Shown here: piece by piece, positions 1 through 12,832 of the stretch
Layout of the letters: each line of letters begins with the position of its first letter
Numbering within the stretch: position 1 is the first letter of the stretch
Source of the DNA: Octopus sinensis
Taxonomy: Eukaryota
Assembly (NCBI RefSeq): GCF_006345805.1
Contig: NC_043021.1
Span: forward strand, 1,550,001-1,614,000
Direction: 5' to 3'
Length of the DNA: 64,000 bases
Made by a program: the position numbers and the translations under genes
The notes under the pieces: model-generated
Told to the model about the DNA's origin: nothing
The model's input: only the letters and a program-made list of their open reading frames with translations
Database searches by the model: none

Positions 1-672
1 CTGTTCTTTCCGGAATATAAAGGTGAGTCCCGTTTACACGTAACAGCATACTCTCTTTACTCTTTTACTTGTTTCAGTCATTTGACTGTGGCCATGCTGG
101 AGCACAGCCTTTAGTCGAACGAATCGATCCCAGGACTTATTCTTTGTAATCCTAGTACTTATTCTATTGGTCTCTTTTGCCGAACTGCTAAGTTACAGGG
201 ACGTAAACACACCAGCATCAGTTGTCAAGCAATGTTGGGGGGACAAACACAGACATACTTCTGTAAAAAGCACCATTCAAGCGTGATCAGTGCCAGTGCC
301 AGCCTCCCCTGGCTCTTGTGGCACGTAAAAGCACTCACTACATTCTCGGAGTGGTTGGCATTAGGAAGGGCATCCAGCTGTAGAAACCTTGCCGGATCAG
401 ATTGGAGCCTGGTGCGGCCTCCTGGTTTGCAAGCTACTTAGCAACCTCACTAGTGCTGGTGCCCCTCCCCCACCCTAAGCACCCAACACACACTGTAAAG
501 TGGTTGGCATTAGGAAGGGCCCCCGGCCATAGAAACCACGCCAGAGCTGACACTGTGGCTCCTGTCAAACTGTCCAACCCATGCCTGCAGGGAAAACATT
601 AAATCATGAGGAGGAGGAGGAGGAGGAAGATGTTCATAATTTCTATTTATGTTGCCTCCTCCTCCTCCCAGC

Positions 673-832
673 GACTACTACCACCACCACCACCACTACT
701 ACTACCACCACCACCACTACTACTACTACCACCACTACTACTACCACCACCACCACCTCTACTACTACCATCACTACTACTACCATCACTACTACTACTA
801 CTACCTCCACCACCACTACTGCTGCTATCACC

Positions 833-868
<36 letters not shown>

Positions 869-919
869 GCTACAACCACCACCACTACTACTACCACCAC
901 CACCACTACTACTACCACC

Positions 920-951
<32 letters not shown>

Positions 952-961
952 CACTACTACT

Positions 962-1017
<56 letters not shown>

Positions 1018-1230
1018 CACCACCACCACCACCACTACTACTACCACCACTACTACTGCCACCACCACCACCACCACCACTACTACCATTACTACTACTA
1101 CCACCACCACCACCACCACCACTACTACTACTACCATTACTACTACTGCCACCACTACTATTACCACCACTACTACTACCACCACCATCACCACCACTAC
1201 TATTACTACTACTACCATCGTTACTACTAC
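673..1230. repeat. Compound (CTA/CCA)n trinucleotide microsatellite
   Basis: About 560 nt, directly visible. It is the source of the poly-T/V/HY ORFs. Confidence 0.97.
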
Positions 1231-1237
1231 TTCACAG

Positions 1238-1428
1238 GTTCAATCCAGGACGTAGACGCAGCGGCCATGTACATCCAGAACCTATTTCAAATGCAGAATC
1301 GAAACCAGTACAAAGTCATCTACCCCCATTTCACCACGGCAACCGACACCAGCAACATCCAGGTCGTCTTTGAAGTCGTGATGGAATCCATTCTGAAAGA
1401 GAACCTCAAAGCAGCCGCTCTCCTTTGA
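1238..1428 (+). CDS. GNAV1: Terminal coding exon of a heterotrimeric G-protein alpha subunit, most like the Gv class
   Basis: After the ttcacag acceptor (phase 1) it reads GSIQDVDAAAMYIQNLFQMQNRNQYKVIYPHFTTATDTSNIQVVFEVVMESILKENLKAAALL*. HFTTATDT is the G5 (TCAT-type) motif. The ENLxAxxLL end resembles Gv rather than Gi/Gq/Gs/G12. Upstream exons lie outside the window. Class call is from memory. Confidence 0.85.
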
Positions 1429-3232
1429 ACCATGGAAATCAATTCACCTGTAACCGATGGTCACACACAGATGCCAAGAACTCATACTGCTATTACTACT
1501 ACTACTACTACTACTACTGCTGCTGCTGCTACTGCTGCTGCTGATGTTGCTGTTTTTGCAGGGGTGGGTGGTGAAGGGGAGGTTGTTTTTAGTTGTTGAA
1601 TTTTTACAAAAAAACAAACTTTTTTTTTTTTATTTTCAAGCCAGACAAATATGAGAAAATCTCGTGGGTTCTGCAGTTTAGAATACAAAACCCACCCCAA
1701 CCCTTGTTCGTGGTGCCATCTGATGTTGACTGAGTGAAAGTAAAGTTGCGGAGTTTATGTGTGAGAAAGCTGATCTTTAGATGTATATATATATATATAT
1801 ATATAATATATATATATAGTAAAACACATACACACTCACAAACATGCATGCCTGTATATATGTATAAACATAACTATATATATATATATATACACTCAAA
1901 CATATATATATAGTGTACAATACCGTGATGGTAAGATCAACTAAAAAATGTACTCCCTCTGGTGAGAGATAAATATCTTTGTCCGTTATGCCATGTAGGT
2001 AGTGTCTGATGATTTTTACTAGGACACCAGACGTGTTAAAAAACACTGTTTGGCATGTTCTCAGCGCATGAAACTGGTAATGGCACATAAAACCATATAC
2101 TGTGTTTATTAAAATATATATATATATATATTTATACATACATACATAAACACAGTGGGACCTTGGTTTGCAAATTTCATTTGTTCCTGAGGGCCATTTG
2201 CCACCTGGAATGGTTGTAAACCAAAGCTATTTTTCACATATGAAATTCAAGAGAAGACCCATCAAATTTGAGCTGAGATGTTACGCTGAGTGGAAGCTGG
2301 GCAGCAACTGGTCGCCATCCGTTGTTACCTGCTTGCTTCTTCATTACTAGAGACACTATTCATCACCTGAGACGTTTAACGTTTGAAAACTTGTTCATAA
2401 CCTGATTTGTTCACGATGAGAGGCATTCATAAACCAAGCTTCAGTGATTAGAGTGTTGGGCTGACAATCATGAAGTAGCGAGTTCAGTTCCTGGGCCAAG
2501 TTGTGTGTTACGTTCTTGAGCATAACACTTTATTTCATGTCGCTCTGGTTCCGCTCAGCTGCAGAAATGCGACATCACTGGTGCCAGGCTGTATTGGCCC
2601 CTTTGCCTTTATCTTGGATAGGCGACTGCTGGTCTTCCATAAACAAGCTTGTCCAGACTTGTGCTTTGAAGGATACCTTTCTAGGTAAAATCTCATGGTC
2701 ATTCATGACGAAGGAGGGTCTTTATCCTATATATATATATGTGTGTGTGTGTGTATCTGTGTGTTTGTGTGTATCATTACCATCATCAATTAATGTCATT
2801 CAATGCCTGTAATCTATACAAGCATGGGTTGGACGATTGACTGGGATCTGGTGAGACAACAAGGTTGCGTGAAGCCCAATGAAGCTCTCTGATACACTGG
2901 ATGCTGTCAAGCTATTCCAACCCATGGGATACAGATACTAATGATGATGATGATTTTATGTATATTGTATATATTTGTACACCCGTCTCTTTAGATATAC
3001 AGCTGTATATGTACACATGAGTGTGTGTGTGTGTGTATATATGTATGAATGTACACATGTACATATTTGGTAAAACTAACAAGGGTAGAAAAAAAAAGTT
3101 GTGAATATTATATATGTTGATCGAAAGGGTTTTTTTAATCCACTATATTATATGTTGTTATTTATAGCTTTATCAGCTTCAAGATTCACCGTTCCTGAAA
3201 TTAACAAAAATATATTTTAAATCTTAATGAGC

Positions 3233-3270
<38 letters not shown>

Positions 3271-3454
3271 CTATGTATATAAACCCATGTGTATTTGTGT
3301 GTGTGTATGTATTTTTCAAGAAAATCGCATTTACATTTTCTTGCAGTGAAGAAGCAAACCAAAAGTTTGGCATTTGGGGCAGGTCCCTTCATTATGAACA
3401 TTTTTGTAATTAGTATTTTGTTAACAAAGACCATCAGTAATATTCTATACACAT

Positions 3455-3519
<65 letters not shown>

Positions 3520-3522
<3 letters not shown>

Positions 3523-3818
3523 TGTTCCTTCTCGTGCCATGCCTGGCTCATAAGGGCCAGTTTCCTGGTTTCCTTGGCGTATAGGTTCCCCACCTGGACG
3601 GGACGCCGGTCCATCGCAGGTGGGGAACCTATACAAGATGCAGGAAGAAAGGATGAGAGAAAGTTGTCGCGAAAAAGTCAACAGAAGTTCGCCATTACCT
3701 TCTGCTGGAGCCGTGTGGAGCTTTGGTGTTTTGCTCATAAACACACACATCGCCCGGTCTGAGATTCAAACCCACAAACGCAGTCCGCTGCTCTAACCAC
3801 TAGGCCATGTGCCTCCAC
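3520..3818 (-). mobile_element. tRNA-derived SINE
   Basis: Minus strand tgtggaggcacatggcctagtggttagagcagcggact...ctcagaccgggcg, with A/B boxes. Confidence 0.75.
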
Positions 3819-3891
3819 ATATATATATGTGTGTATGTATGTATGTATGTATGTATGTATATATATATATATATGTGTGTGTGTTTGTGTG

Positions 3892-3924
<33 letters not shown>

Positions 3925-4589
3925 GTATATATGTATATATATATGTATGTGTGTATGTACATACATTTTTATATATATTTATCTTTTATTTAAAGATGGG
4001 TAAGATGGTTGCCATGTAACAGACTATGATACTTTACCAAACATTTGTTTCTTAGCAACAACAACAACAACAACAACAACAAAACTTACCAAACCGTGTT
4101 CAAATCCTCCCTGAGTCACCTTTTCAGATTAACCTGTCCGAATTAGCAGGTTTTGAAAAAATAGGCACCAGTTGTAGACTGGAATCACGATTCGCTTGAT
4201 GCTATTGACCATGTTACTCTTATTGTGCCCCAGCCCTCTATATATATTTTTAGACCCCTAATGGGTCAGATGCCCCCGGAAAAATCTATTGCCTTCAGTT
4301 TCCAGAATATTTATAGTCACAGACATGGCAGAGTGGTAAGAAGTTTGCTTCCTAGTTACTAGGTTCTGGGTTCAGTCCTACTGTGTGGCACCTTGGGCAA
4401 GTGTCTTCTGCTGGCTTCTTTCAGTTTCCGTCTACCAAATCCACTCACAAGGATTTGGTTGACCCGAGGCTATAGTAGGAGACACTTGCCCAAGGTGCCA
4501 CACAGTGGGACTGAACCCGGAACCATGTGGTTCATAAACAAGCTACTTACCACACAGCCACTCCTACATTGTGAATAAAGTATTGCATT

Positions 4590-5510
4590 TGACTGAATAA
4601 TCTGAATGCTAAGAGGGTTAAACCAGCCATGACCAGTCCAAATATTCTACCTGTTTTACATTCAAACAGACCAGATCTTGCCTCTCACACTTACCCTACA
4701 ATGTCATTCTAAAAATAAACAATCATATCATTTAAATCTCAAATCTTCAAGGTAATACACGATTAATTCCCAACAATGTGAATAAACAGGGATTACATTT
4801 GACAGTGTAATCTGAATGCTAAAGGGACAAACCCTTTCTAATGCCATGACAATTGTTTTAAACGCTGACATTTATTGAAGCCCATGGCAACTTTGTTTTA
4901 ACCCCTAAACCTTTTTAGGGTCATAGCAGTTGTTTTTTACTCCCTAACCCTGTAATATCCGTGACAAATTATTTAACCCTTTTTTAGCCCCATGTCAATT
5001 GCTTTAACATTCAACCATTTCTAGGGCCATGACAAATTGTTTTAGCACCTAACTCTTTAGGGTCCATGACAATTCAAACTCAATATAAGTATGAGAGACC
5101 TTTCACTTAATTCTTTAGCATTTAAGCCAGCCATAACTGGTCTAAATATTGTGTTTTAAGCTCAAACTGACTAGATCCAACCTCTCACACCTTGCCTACA
5201 TTGTCATTCTACAAATAAACAATCACATCATCAAAACCTCAAAGCAACAAGATAATGCAGGATTAATTGAAAACAATGTGAATAAGTAAGCATTACTTAT
5301 GACAGATTAATCAGAATGCTAAAAGGTTAAAACAGCCGAAATATTCTCTTGTTTTATGTTTAAACTGGCCAGATCCAGCCTCTTACACGTTCCCTACAAT
5401 GTCATCAATGAAATCCCAAAGCAATGAGATGATCCATGATTAATTCAAAACAATGTGAATAAATACGAACATTTTACGGAGTGAGTAATCTGAATGCTAA
5501 GAGGATAAAT
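4590..5510. mobile_element. Cluster of three or more copies of a roughly 220-bp TTAA-bounded (piggyBac-like) MITE, around a 36-38-bp minisatellite at about 4830-5075
   Basis: The end tctgaatgctaaagggttaa and the body cctctcacac..ctacaatgtcattct..aacaatgtgaataa recur. A related piece lies at about 36120-36260. Confidence 0.65.
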
Positions 5511-5944
5511 CCAATGAAACTGTGTGTGTGAGAGAGAAAGAGAAAGAGACAGACAGACAGACAGATTTAACACTAGTAACCAATAATGTCTCATAATTTT
5601 GTAACAGTTCCCCATTGTAGGGGCTGTTTCTATTTCTTGGGTTGGATTTTAAAAAAAAATAAATTTCTTTTTCAAATAAGTTTTTTTTCTTTCTAAACTC
5701 CCTTTACAGATAGACAGGCTTTGCTTTAATTATTGTTAAATTAGTTAAATAATGATAAAAATGTTAATGAAACTAAGACATTATTTTCTGGAATATAATA
5801 CAACTGAGTCTAGAGTGTGGTGACTCAACTCTGCTCATAATAAAGGTTCTTTCTACAACAAGTACAATACCTGAAATTTTGATGAAGGGGTTAGTTGATT
5901 ACATCGACCCCGGTACTTGACTCCTACTTATTATATTGACTCCT

Positions 5945-6325
5945 GTGGAGGCACAATGGCCCAGTGGTTGGGGCAGCGGACTCGCGGTCATAGGATTGCA
6001 GTTTTGATTCCCAGACCAGGCGTTGTGAGTGTTTATTGAGTGAAAACACCTAAAGGTCCACGAGGCTCCAGCAGGGGATGGTGGTGAACCCTACTGTACT
6101 CTTTCACCACAACTTTCTCTCCCTCTTTCTTCCTGTTTCTGTTGTACTTGTATTTCAAAGGGGCCAGCCTCGTCATACTCTGTGCCATGCTGAATCTCCC
6201 TGAGAACTATGTCAAGGGTACACGTGTCTGTGGAGTACTCAGCCAGTTACACGTTAATTCAGGGGCAGGCTGTTTCGTCGATTGGATCACCTGGAACCCT
6301 TGTCGTCGTAACCGACAGAATGCTG
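5945..6325 (+). mobile_element. tRNA-derived SINE with the head of the 3520-3818 family and the tail of the 37996-38313 family
   Basis: Head tgtggaggcacaatggcccagtggtt..gcagcggact. Tail ttgtacttgtatttcaaag..gagaactatgtcaagggtacacgtgtctgtgga. Confidence 0.75.
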
Positions 6326-9139
6326 TAGTATACTGACCCCCAAATGAATGAAAGAAAAAGCCACCTTTGGCAAGATTTGAACTCAGAATGTAAAGAGCTG
6401 GAAGATATACTGCTGAGCATTTTGTCCAGCATGCTTACTACTACTACTACTACTACTACTATTATTAATAATAATAATGGTAGTAATTCTTTTATTAGCC
6501 ACAAGGGCTTACATAAAATAACATAAAATGACAATAATATTAATAATTCTTTCTACAAGGTCTGACACTTTGGTGAAGGGAGCTAGTTGACTACATTGAT
6601 CCCAGAACTTAACTAGGACTTATTTTATCGACCCCCATGAGGATGAAAGATAAGAGTCAACCATTGCAAGATTTGAACTCAAATGTAAAGATAGAAAAAA
6701 AAATGCTGCTAAGCATTTTGTGTTGCTAACGATTCTGCCAGGGCACCACCTTAATAATAATAATAATTTTGGGGGAGGAGTTTGTTGATTGCATCAACCC
6801 CAGCATGTAACTGGTACTAATTTTATTGGCCCTGAAAAGATGTAAGGCAAAGTTGACCTCAGCAGCATTTGAACCCAGAACATAAAGACCGATGAATTGT
6901 TGATAAGCATTTTGCCTGGCGTGCTAACAATTCTGCCACCTCGCTACCTTAATAATAATAATAATAATAATAATAATGATAATGGTTTCAAATTTTGCCA
7001 CAAGGGCAACCACTTTGGAGGAGGGGACTAGTCGATTACATCTACTCCAGTGCGTAACTGGTACTTAATTTATCGACCCCGAAAGGATGAAAGGCAAAGT
7101 TGACCTCGGCGGAATTTGAACTCAGAATGTAGCGACTGGCGAAATACTGCTAAGCATTTCGTCCAGCTCACTGCCTTAATAATAATAATGCCACTGCCAT
7201 ACTCCATTCTCTGAAAAAAACCCAGAAAAACAAAAATGCTTTTAACCCTTTTGTACAAAGTTAACCCCCAACCCACCGACAACAAAAATCATCTGATAAA
7301 TATTGTTCCTTACATCGTTATCCTCAAATTTCAGAAATCTGAAAATGTTATTTCTCAATAATTTCATGAACAAGAAAAAAAAAAAACAAAATAAAATTTA
7401 ATAAATTATTTTCTATATTCTGTTATCTTAGTTTTTCTTTTTGATTATTTACTTTCACCATCCACCAACTAATTGTTTCATTTAGCTAAATCTCCTTTAA
7501 ATTACCTTTGCATCTGAAAATATTTCCAATTTTTTTTTTTTTGCTGAAAAGGCTTCTCTCATTGTTTTTAAGTGTGTAAAGCAAAACGAGGGAGAAGTGA
7601 AAAAAAAAAATCAAGACTTTTTTAAATGATTTTGCATAAAAAAAAAATGCCCCTCATTATTTCCAAGGCTGTGATGAAAAAAACAATTGACAAAATCCCT
7701 GTTAAAATGGAGAAAATCCAGCATGTGCAGCTGTCCTTATCCGAAACTCTGCTTCAATGTGGTCATTGGTTTTGTTAAAACTGTTTTATATCTCTCATGG
7801 ACATTAAATCAATAACTATTTCTACTGTAAACACAAAGCCTGACTGGCCCCCATGCCAGTGGAACATAAAAGCACCCACTACACTCTCAGAGTGGTTGGC
7901 ATTAGGAAGGGCGTCCAGCTGTAGAAACTCTGCCAGATCAAGATTGGAGCCTGGTGCAGCCATCTGGTTCGCCAGACCTCAGTCAAATCGTCCAACCCAT
8001 GCTAGCATGGAAAGCGGACGTTAAACGACGATGATGATGATATATATGTACATATTTATGTTTTTCTTTTAGATTCTATTTACCATGCATGGCACCTTGG
8101 ACAAGCACCTTCTAACTATAGCCTCAGGCTGATCAATGCCTTGTGAATGAATATGGTAGATGGAGACTGTGGAAACCTGGCATTTGTATATGTATGCGTG
8201 TGTGTGTGTGCATCTTCGTATTTCTGTTTCTTCTCCACCATTGCCTGACAACTGGTGTTGGTTTGTTTACATCCCCATAACTTAGCAGTCCAGCAAAAGA
8301 GACTAACAGAATAATTATCAGACTCAACAAGAATAAGTACTGTGATTGAATTGACTAAACCAGAGATTCTCAGGCATTTTTTAAAAACCTATAGACCCCC
8401 TTTCATTACTATTTCATTCTTGTCGACCCTTATAGCCTTTCGATGTTTAAAAACTAATTTTCTAGCTACTTCCTTCAAAATTCCTAATTTGTTTTTCGCA
8501 CATTACCTTGTGGTAGGTTGGACCCTGTAAAATGTTAGAGAAAGAAGCCCAGCTGTTTCTTGCAATACATACCAATACATGCATCTGAAGTAGGGGTTCT
8601 CAACCATTTCTCTTTTAAGGACCCCTTTGATTACTATTTTATTCTGGTGGACCCCCATATCTATCCGATGTTTAAAAACTAATTTTATAGAAACTTCTTT
8701 CAAAATTCCTATTGTGTTTTTCACCCATTACCTTGTGTAGGTTGGACCCTGTAAAATGTTAGAGAAAGAAACCCAGCTGTTTCTTGCAATACATACTTCT
8801 AAAGCAAAATTTATTCAAGGACCCCTTAAAATACTATTGTGAATTTCCAATTTACTATTTTGTTACCTGGACCCAAATATCCTTATATAGACCCTTGGGC
8901 GCCACATGGACCCCGGTTGACTTAACCATTCAAGATGGTGGCCCAACAAGTAAAAGATAAAAAAGATAAACAAAATAACGCCAACAATTTTGATAAAGTA
9001 ATTTATATTTAATAAAAGTTATAATTGCTAACAATTTTCTGAAAAGGCAAAAAAAAAAAGTGGGGGGAGGAAATTCTTTTGATGTCTGGTCTTCTAGAAA
9101 ATTCCAGTGCAATATTTATATCTCTCTGACATCTGCTGA

Positions 9140-9284
9140 CTATTCTTCGAGGCCATAGTCTCTTGCACCGTCTTTGGTAAACTTCTTGCCTTCATCGACA
9201 TATGATTTGCTGACTGGAACGTAATACCAACCCATGTAATCCTGTTTGCTGGCCATCACCTCATGGACTTCCCTCTCCAGAAGC
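9140..9284 (-). CDS. NDUFB5: NDUFB5 exon 6 (terminal)
   Basis: ttccag|LLEREVHEVMASKQDYMGWYYVPVSKSYVDEGKKFTKDGARDYGLEE*. The six exons total 582 nt (193 aa plus stop) and all phases are consistent. Confidence 0.9.
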
Positions 9285-9557
9285 CTGGAACGAAGAAAGA
9301 AAGAAATAAAATCATCAACATCAGACGTGGCTGTGTGGTAAGAAGCTTGTTTCCCAACCACTTGGTTGGCTCCAGGTTCAGTTCCACTGCATGGCACCTT
9401 GGACAAGTGTCTTCTGCTATAGCCCCGGACAAAGTCTTGTGAGTGGATTTGGTAGACGGAAACTGAAAGAAGCCCGTCGTATAAATGTGGATATGATTTT
9501 GATGAGATTTTAAGTGACAGCATAGAGAACGGAACCAAACATATGGCAATCTACTGT

Positions 9558-9778
9558 ATGAAGGGAAGCTGAAAAGTTCATGGCTTCAGATAAAAGAAAA
9601 TGCAGGGCAATCAGTTCATTAGGATTTTATTCAACCTATTCCCCTCCCAGATTCACACATTTAATTGCAGCAGTCCTTCAGCTTTTCTAAGCCCTGTAAA
9701 AGAACTCAGAAGGTTGGGCCTCCAACCAGGCCTTTTGCAATACTCTTAAAGCTAGGGACTTTTCTGCACTCCCTTGTA
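9558..9778. mobile_element. Mariner-derived MITE
   Basis: TAtgaagggaagctgaaaagttc ... gacttttctgcactcccttgTA imperfect TIRs. Confidence 0.55.
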
Positions 9779-10141
9779 TGCTGTAATGAGTCTTCTAAAT
9801 TTGTCCCCTTTGATTATAAATCTACTTGATTTAAGAAAAGACCTGCATATAATAATAATAATAATAATAATAATCCTTTCTACAATAAGCAGAACTAAAA
9901 TTTTGGTGGAGAGGGTGGCACTAGCCAGTCATATCAACCCCAGTACCCAACTGGTACTTATTTTATTGATCCTGAAAGGATGAAAGGCAAAGTCAACCTC
10001 AGCAGCATTTGAACTCAGATTGAAGCGACAGGGTGAAATACCGCTAAGCATTTCGTCCAATGTGCTAACGATTCTACCAGCTCACCGCCTCAACAGCAAC
10101 GACGACCACCACCTGCTACTACTACTAATACTACTACTTAC

Positions 10142-10248
10142 TTTTGTTTGCGTCGCTCATTCTTTTCATGTAGATGATGCAATCTCTTTTCATATGACAT
10201 CTGCATTGGATCATAAAGCCGTTTGCACAAGAACTGCGAAATGGGAGA
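10142..10248 (-). CDS. NDUFB5: NDUFB5 exon 5
   Basis: tttctcag|SPISQFLCKRLYDPMQMSYEKRLHHLHEKNERRKQ(K)|gtaagt. Matches [21 protein letters not shown]. Confidence 0.9.
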
Positions 10249-10813
10249 CTGAGAAAAAAACAAACAGAAAAAAAAAACCACTTTAAAAAAATTCAACAAA
10301 CAAACAAACGAATGAAACAAAATTTCTTTTATTTTTTCGTTCGACTGCAAGCCATGGCAGTGGGGGGGGGGTCAACTTTAGCAATTTTTTTGCTTTGTAG
10401 TAAAAATTCATCGACACAGGAATAGGAGGCAGAGAAGATGAATCGATGGATGGATGGACCCCGAAAGAATGAGCAGCAAAGCTGATCTTAGTGGAATTTG
10501 AACTGAGAATGCAAAGATCCGCAAACAAAATACTTGCCAGGCACTGTCTGATCTGGGAGTTTACAACTTCTGGGCCAGCATGGAAAAGAAAAACTGGATG
10601 TAAAATGACAGGGGGAGCTGCAAACATTTTCTTGGAGAATGCTCATCATCATCATCATCATCGTTTAACGTCCGGTTTTCCATGCTGGCATGGGTTGGAT
10701 GGTTCAACTGGGGTCTAGGAAGCCAGGAGGCTGCACCAGGCCCCAATCTTGATCTGGCAGTGTTTCTACAGCTGGATGCCCTTCCTAACGCCAACCACTC
10801 CAAGAGTGTAGTG

Positions 10814-11157
10814 GGTGCTTTTTACATGCCACTGGCACAGGGGCCAGAGGAGCTGGCATCAACCATGATCGGATGGTGCCTTTTTACATGCCCCCAGCAC
10901 GGAAGCCAGTCAAAGCGGCACTGGCATCAGCCACGTTCGGATGGTGCCTTTTTACGTGCCACCAGCACAGGGGCCAGAGGAGCTGGCATCAGCCATGTTC
11001 GGATGGTGCTTTTTATGTGCCACAAGCACAGGGGCCAGAGGAGCTGGCATCAGCCACGTTCGGATGGTGCTTTTTATGTGCCACAAGCACAGGGGCCAGA
11101 GGAGCTGGCATCGGCCACGTTCGGATGGTGCTTTTTATGTGCCACTGGCACAGGGGT
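10814..11157. repeat. About 60-bp tandem minisatellite (about 5.5 units) inside an RTE-type 3' UTR copy
   Basis: The unit ggtgctttttatgtgccacaagcacaggggccagaggagctggcatcagccacgttcggat is repeated head to tail. Confidence 0.9.
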
Positions 11158-11421
11158 CACAACTACAATTTCCATTTGATTTGATTTTGATGTTGCTCGT
11201 AATGCGAAAACTCATAAAGGGTCAAATTTAGGGGGTCGTAAAGCAGGTCCTTGTAAAGTGAGCTATTACTGCATTTGGGTAACATAAACTTATATATAGT
11301 AATTGTGAAACAAAATTAAATGTTAGTCAAGGCTAATCCAGCTTTGACCATGTGCTGGATAAAATCTGACCCAGGGTTAAACAGCTCAACAGCAACGCAC
11401 AGGCATGACATGGATACAAAC

Positions 11422-11483
11422 CTTGGAATATTCCCAGTCTTCAGGCTCATAACCCTCAGGAATATCAGCAAGTTCGGCATTGC
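11422..11483 (-). CDS. NDUFB5: NDUFB5 exon 4
   Basis: cttccag|(G)NAELADIPEGYEPEDWEYSK|gtttgt. Near-identical to human [20 protein letters not shown]. Confidence 0.95.
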
Positions 11484-12390
11484 CTGGAAGACAAAACAGG
11501 AAATAGAATCACCCCTGGGATATCATAATCACCATTACAACAACGACCACCACCACCAACAATGAACCAACAAGGGAACCTCAATGTAATCACCATCATC
11601 ACCATCAACAACAACAACAACGAGGAAAACTCTGAGACTCCTTCACACTGACCCCATAAATATAAATATGCTGTGTATATATATATATATGATTGATTCT
11701 AGTTTCAGCTCATGAGCTGTGGCCATGCTGGGGCACCGCCATTATATATATATGTTTATCCCAATCCCACATACCACACCTTCAACCACCACTCACACAT
11801 TCCACTCCCACACACCCTACCCCTATCCTCACATTTTCACCCCAAGCGGGAGGGGGGCTAGTTGATTACATTGACGACAGTGTTCAACTGGTACGTATTT
11901 CATTGACCCTGAAAGGATGAAAGACAAAGTCAACCTCAGCGGAATTTGGGTGACGTTCATCATAATAATAAAAATAATAATAATAATCCTTTCTACTATA
12001 GGCACAAGCACTGAAATTTTGGAGGAAGGGGCCAGTCGAGTAGATCAACCCCTGTACGCAACTGGTACTTAGTTTATCGACCCTGAAAGGATGAAAGGCA
12101 AAGTCGACCTCAGCGGAATTTGAACTCAGAACACGAAGATGGATGAAATGCCGATAAGCATTTCGTCCGGCGTGCTAACAATTCTGCCACTCACCACCTC
12201 AACAACAACAACAACGATTTTTAATTTAGGGCACAAATTCAGAAGTTTGAAGCGAGAATAATCAATTATAAATCTGCCCTTTTTCCCAGTTGTTTATAGG
12301 GATTTTACAATTATCAAACCCACAAGAAGGAAATAATAAAAATTTGAGTCTACTAAGGGTGGAACTGAGATTGTAAGCAGATGCAATTAA

Positions 12391-12713
12391 ATATGGTAAA
12401 CACCCACAAAGTTATCAACCACCTCACCAACAACAACACTGAACACCTTTTTGATCTCCATGTGTCTAACACACGTGGACATGCCTACAAAGTCAGAAAA
12501 CAGCACAGCTCCCATGACTTTCGGAAACATTTTTTCACGCTCAGAGTTGCTGAAGCATGGAATAAACTGCCTGCGTCAGTTGTTGACTGCCATGACACTG
12601 CATCCTTTAAGGCCCTCATGCTTTCCAAAATCCGCCGAAACTACACCTGATTATATATACACTTTAGATGAGTTGTAGTGCACCTGAGCACTGTACACAA
12701 TTATTATTATTAT
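12391..12713 (+). mobile_element. CR1-clade LINE 3' end
   Basis: NTRGHAYKVRK..RKHFFTLRVAEAWNKLPASVV..SFK followed by the tail gtgcacctgagcactgtacaca(att)n. A shorter copy lies at about 61900-62025 and a tail remnant at about 17560-17590(-). Confidence 0.88.
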
Positions 12714-12765
12714 GTAACTCAGTGAAAATATGGAAGATCCCAGGAGATTGGAAAAATGTTCTTAC

Positions 12766-12832
12766 CGACAAAGAGGTTCACATAAATGGTGAGGAGTCCA
12801 AGAGGTACGACACCGAGCAATGTAAAGAAATG
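12766..12832 (-). CDS. NDUFB5: NDUFB5 exon 3 (transmembrane helix)
   Basis: tttcacag|HFFTLLGVVPLGLLTIYVNLFV-G|gtaag. Matches GIPV..ITLVNVFIG. Confidence 0.92.

Noticed and set aside
581-1255. 224-aa poly-Thr mucin-like ORF and the parallel poly-Val, Leu/Pro and His/Tyr ORFs
   Set aside because: All come from one stop-free trinucleotide microsatellite in the G-alpha intron. Only 1238-1428 has protein homology.
10814-11157. Regularly spaced repeat array as a CRISPR or repeat-protein gene
   Set aside because: Units are contiguous with no unique spacers, there are no cas genes, the context is eukaryotic, and it lies within a LINE 3' UTR.
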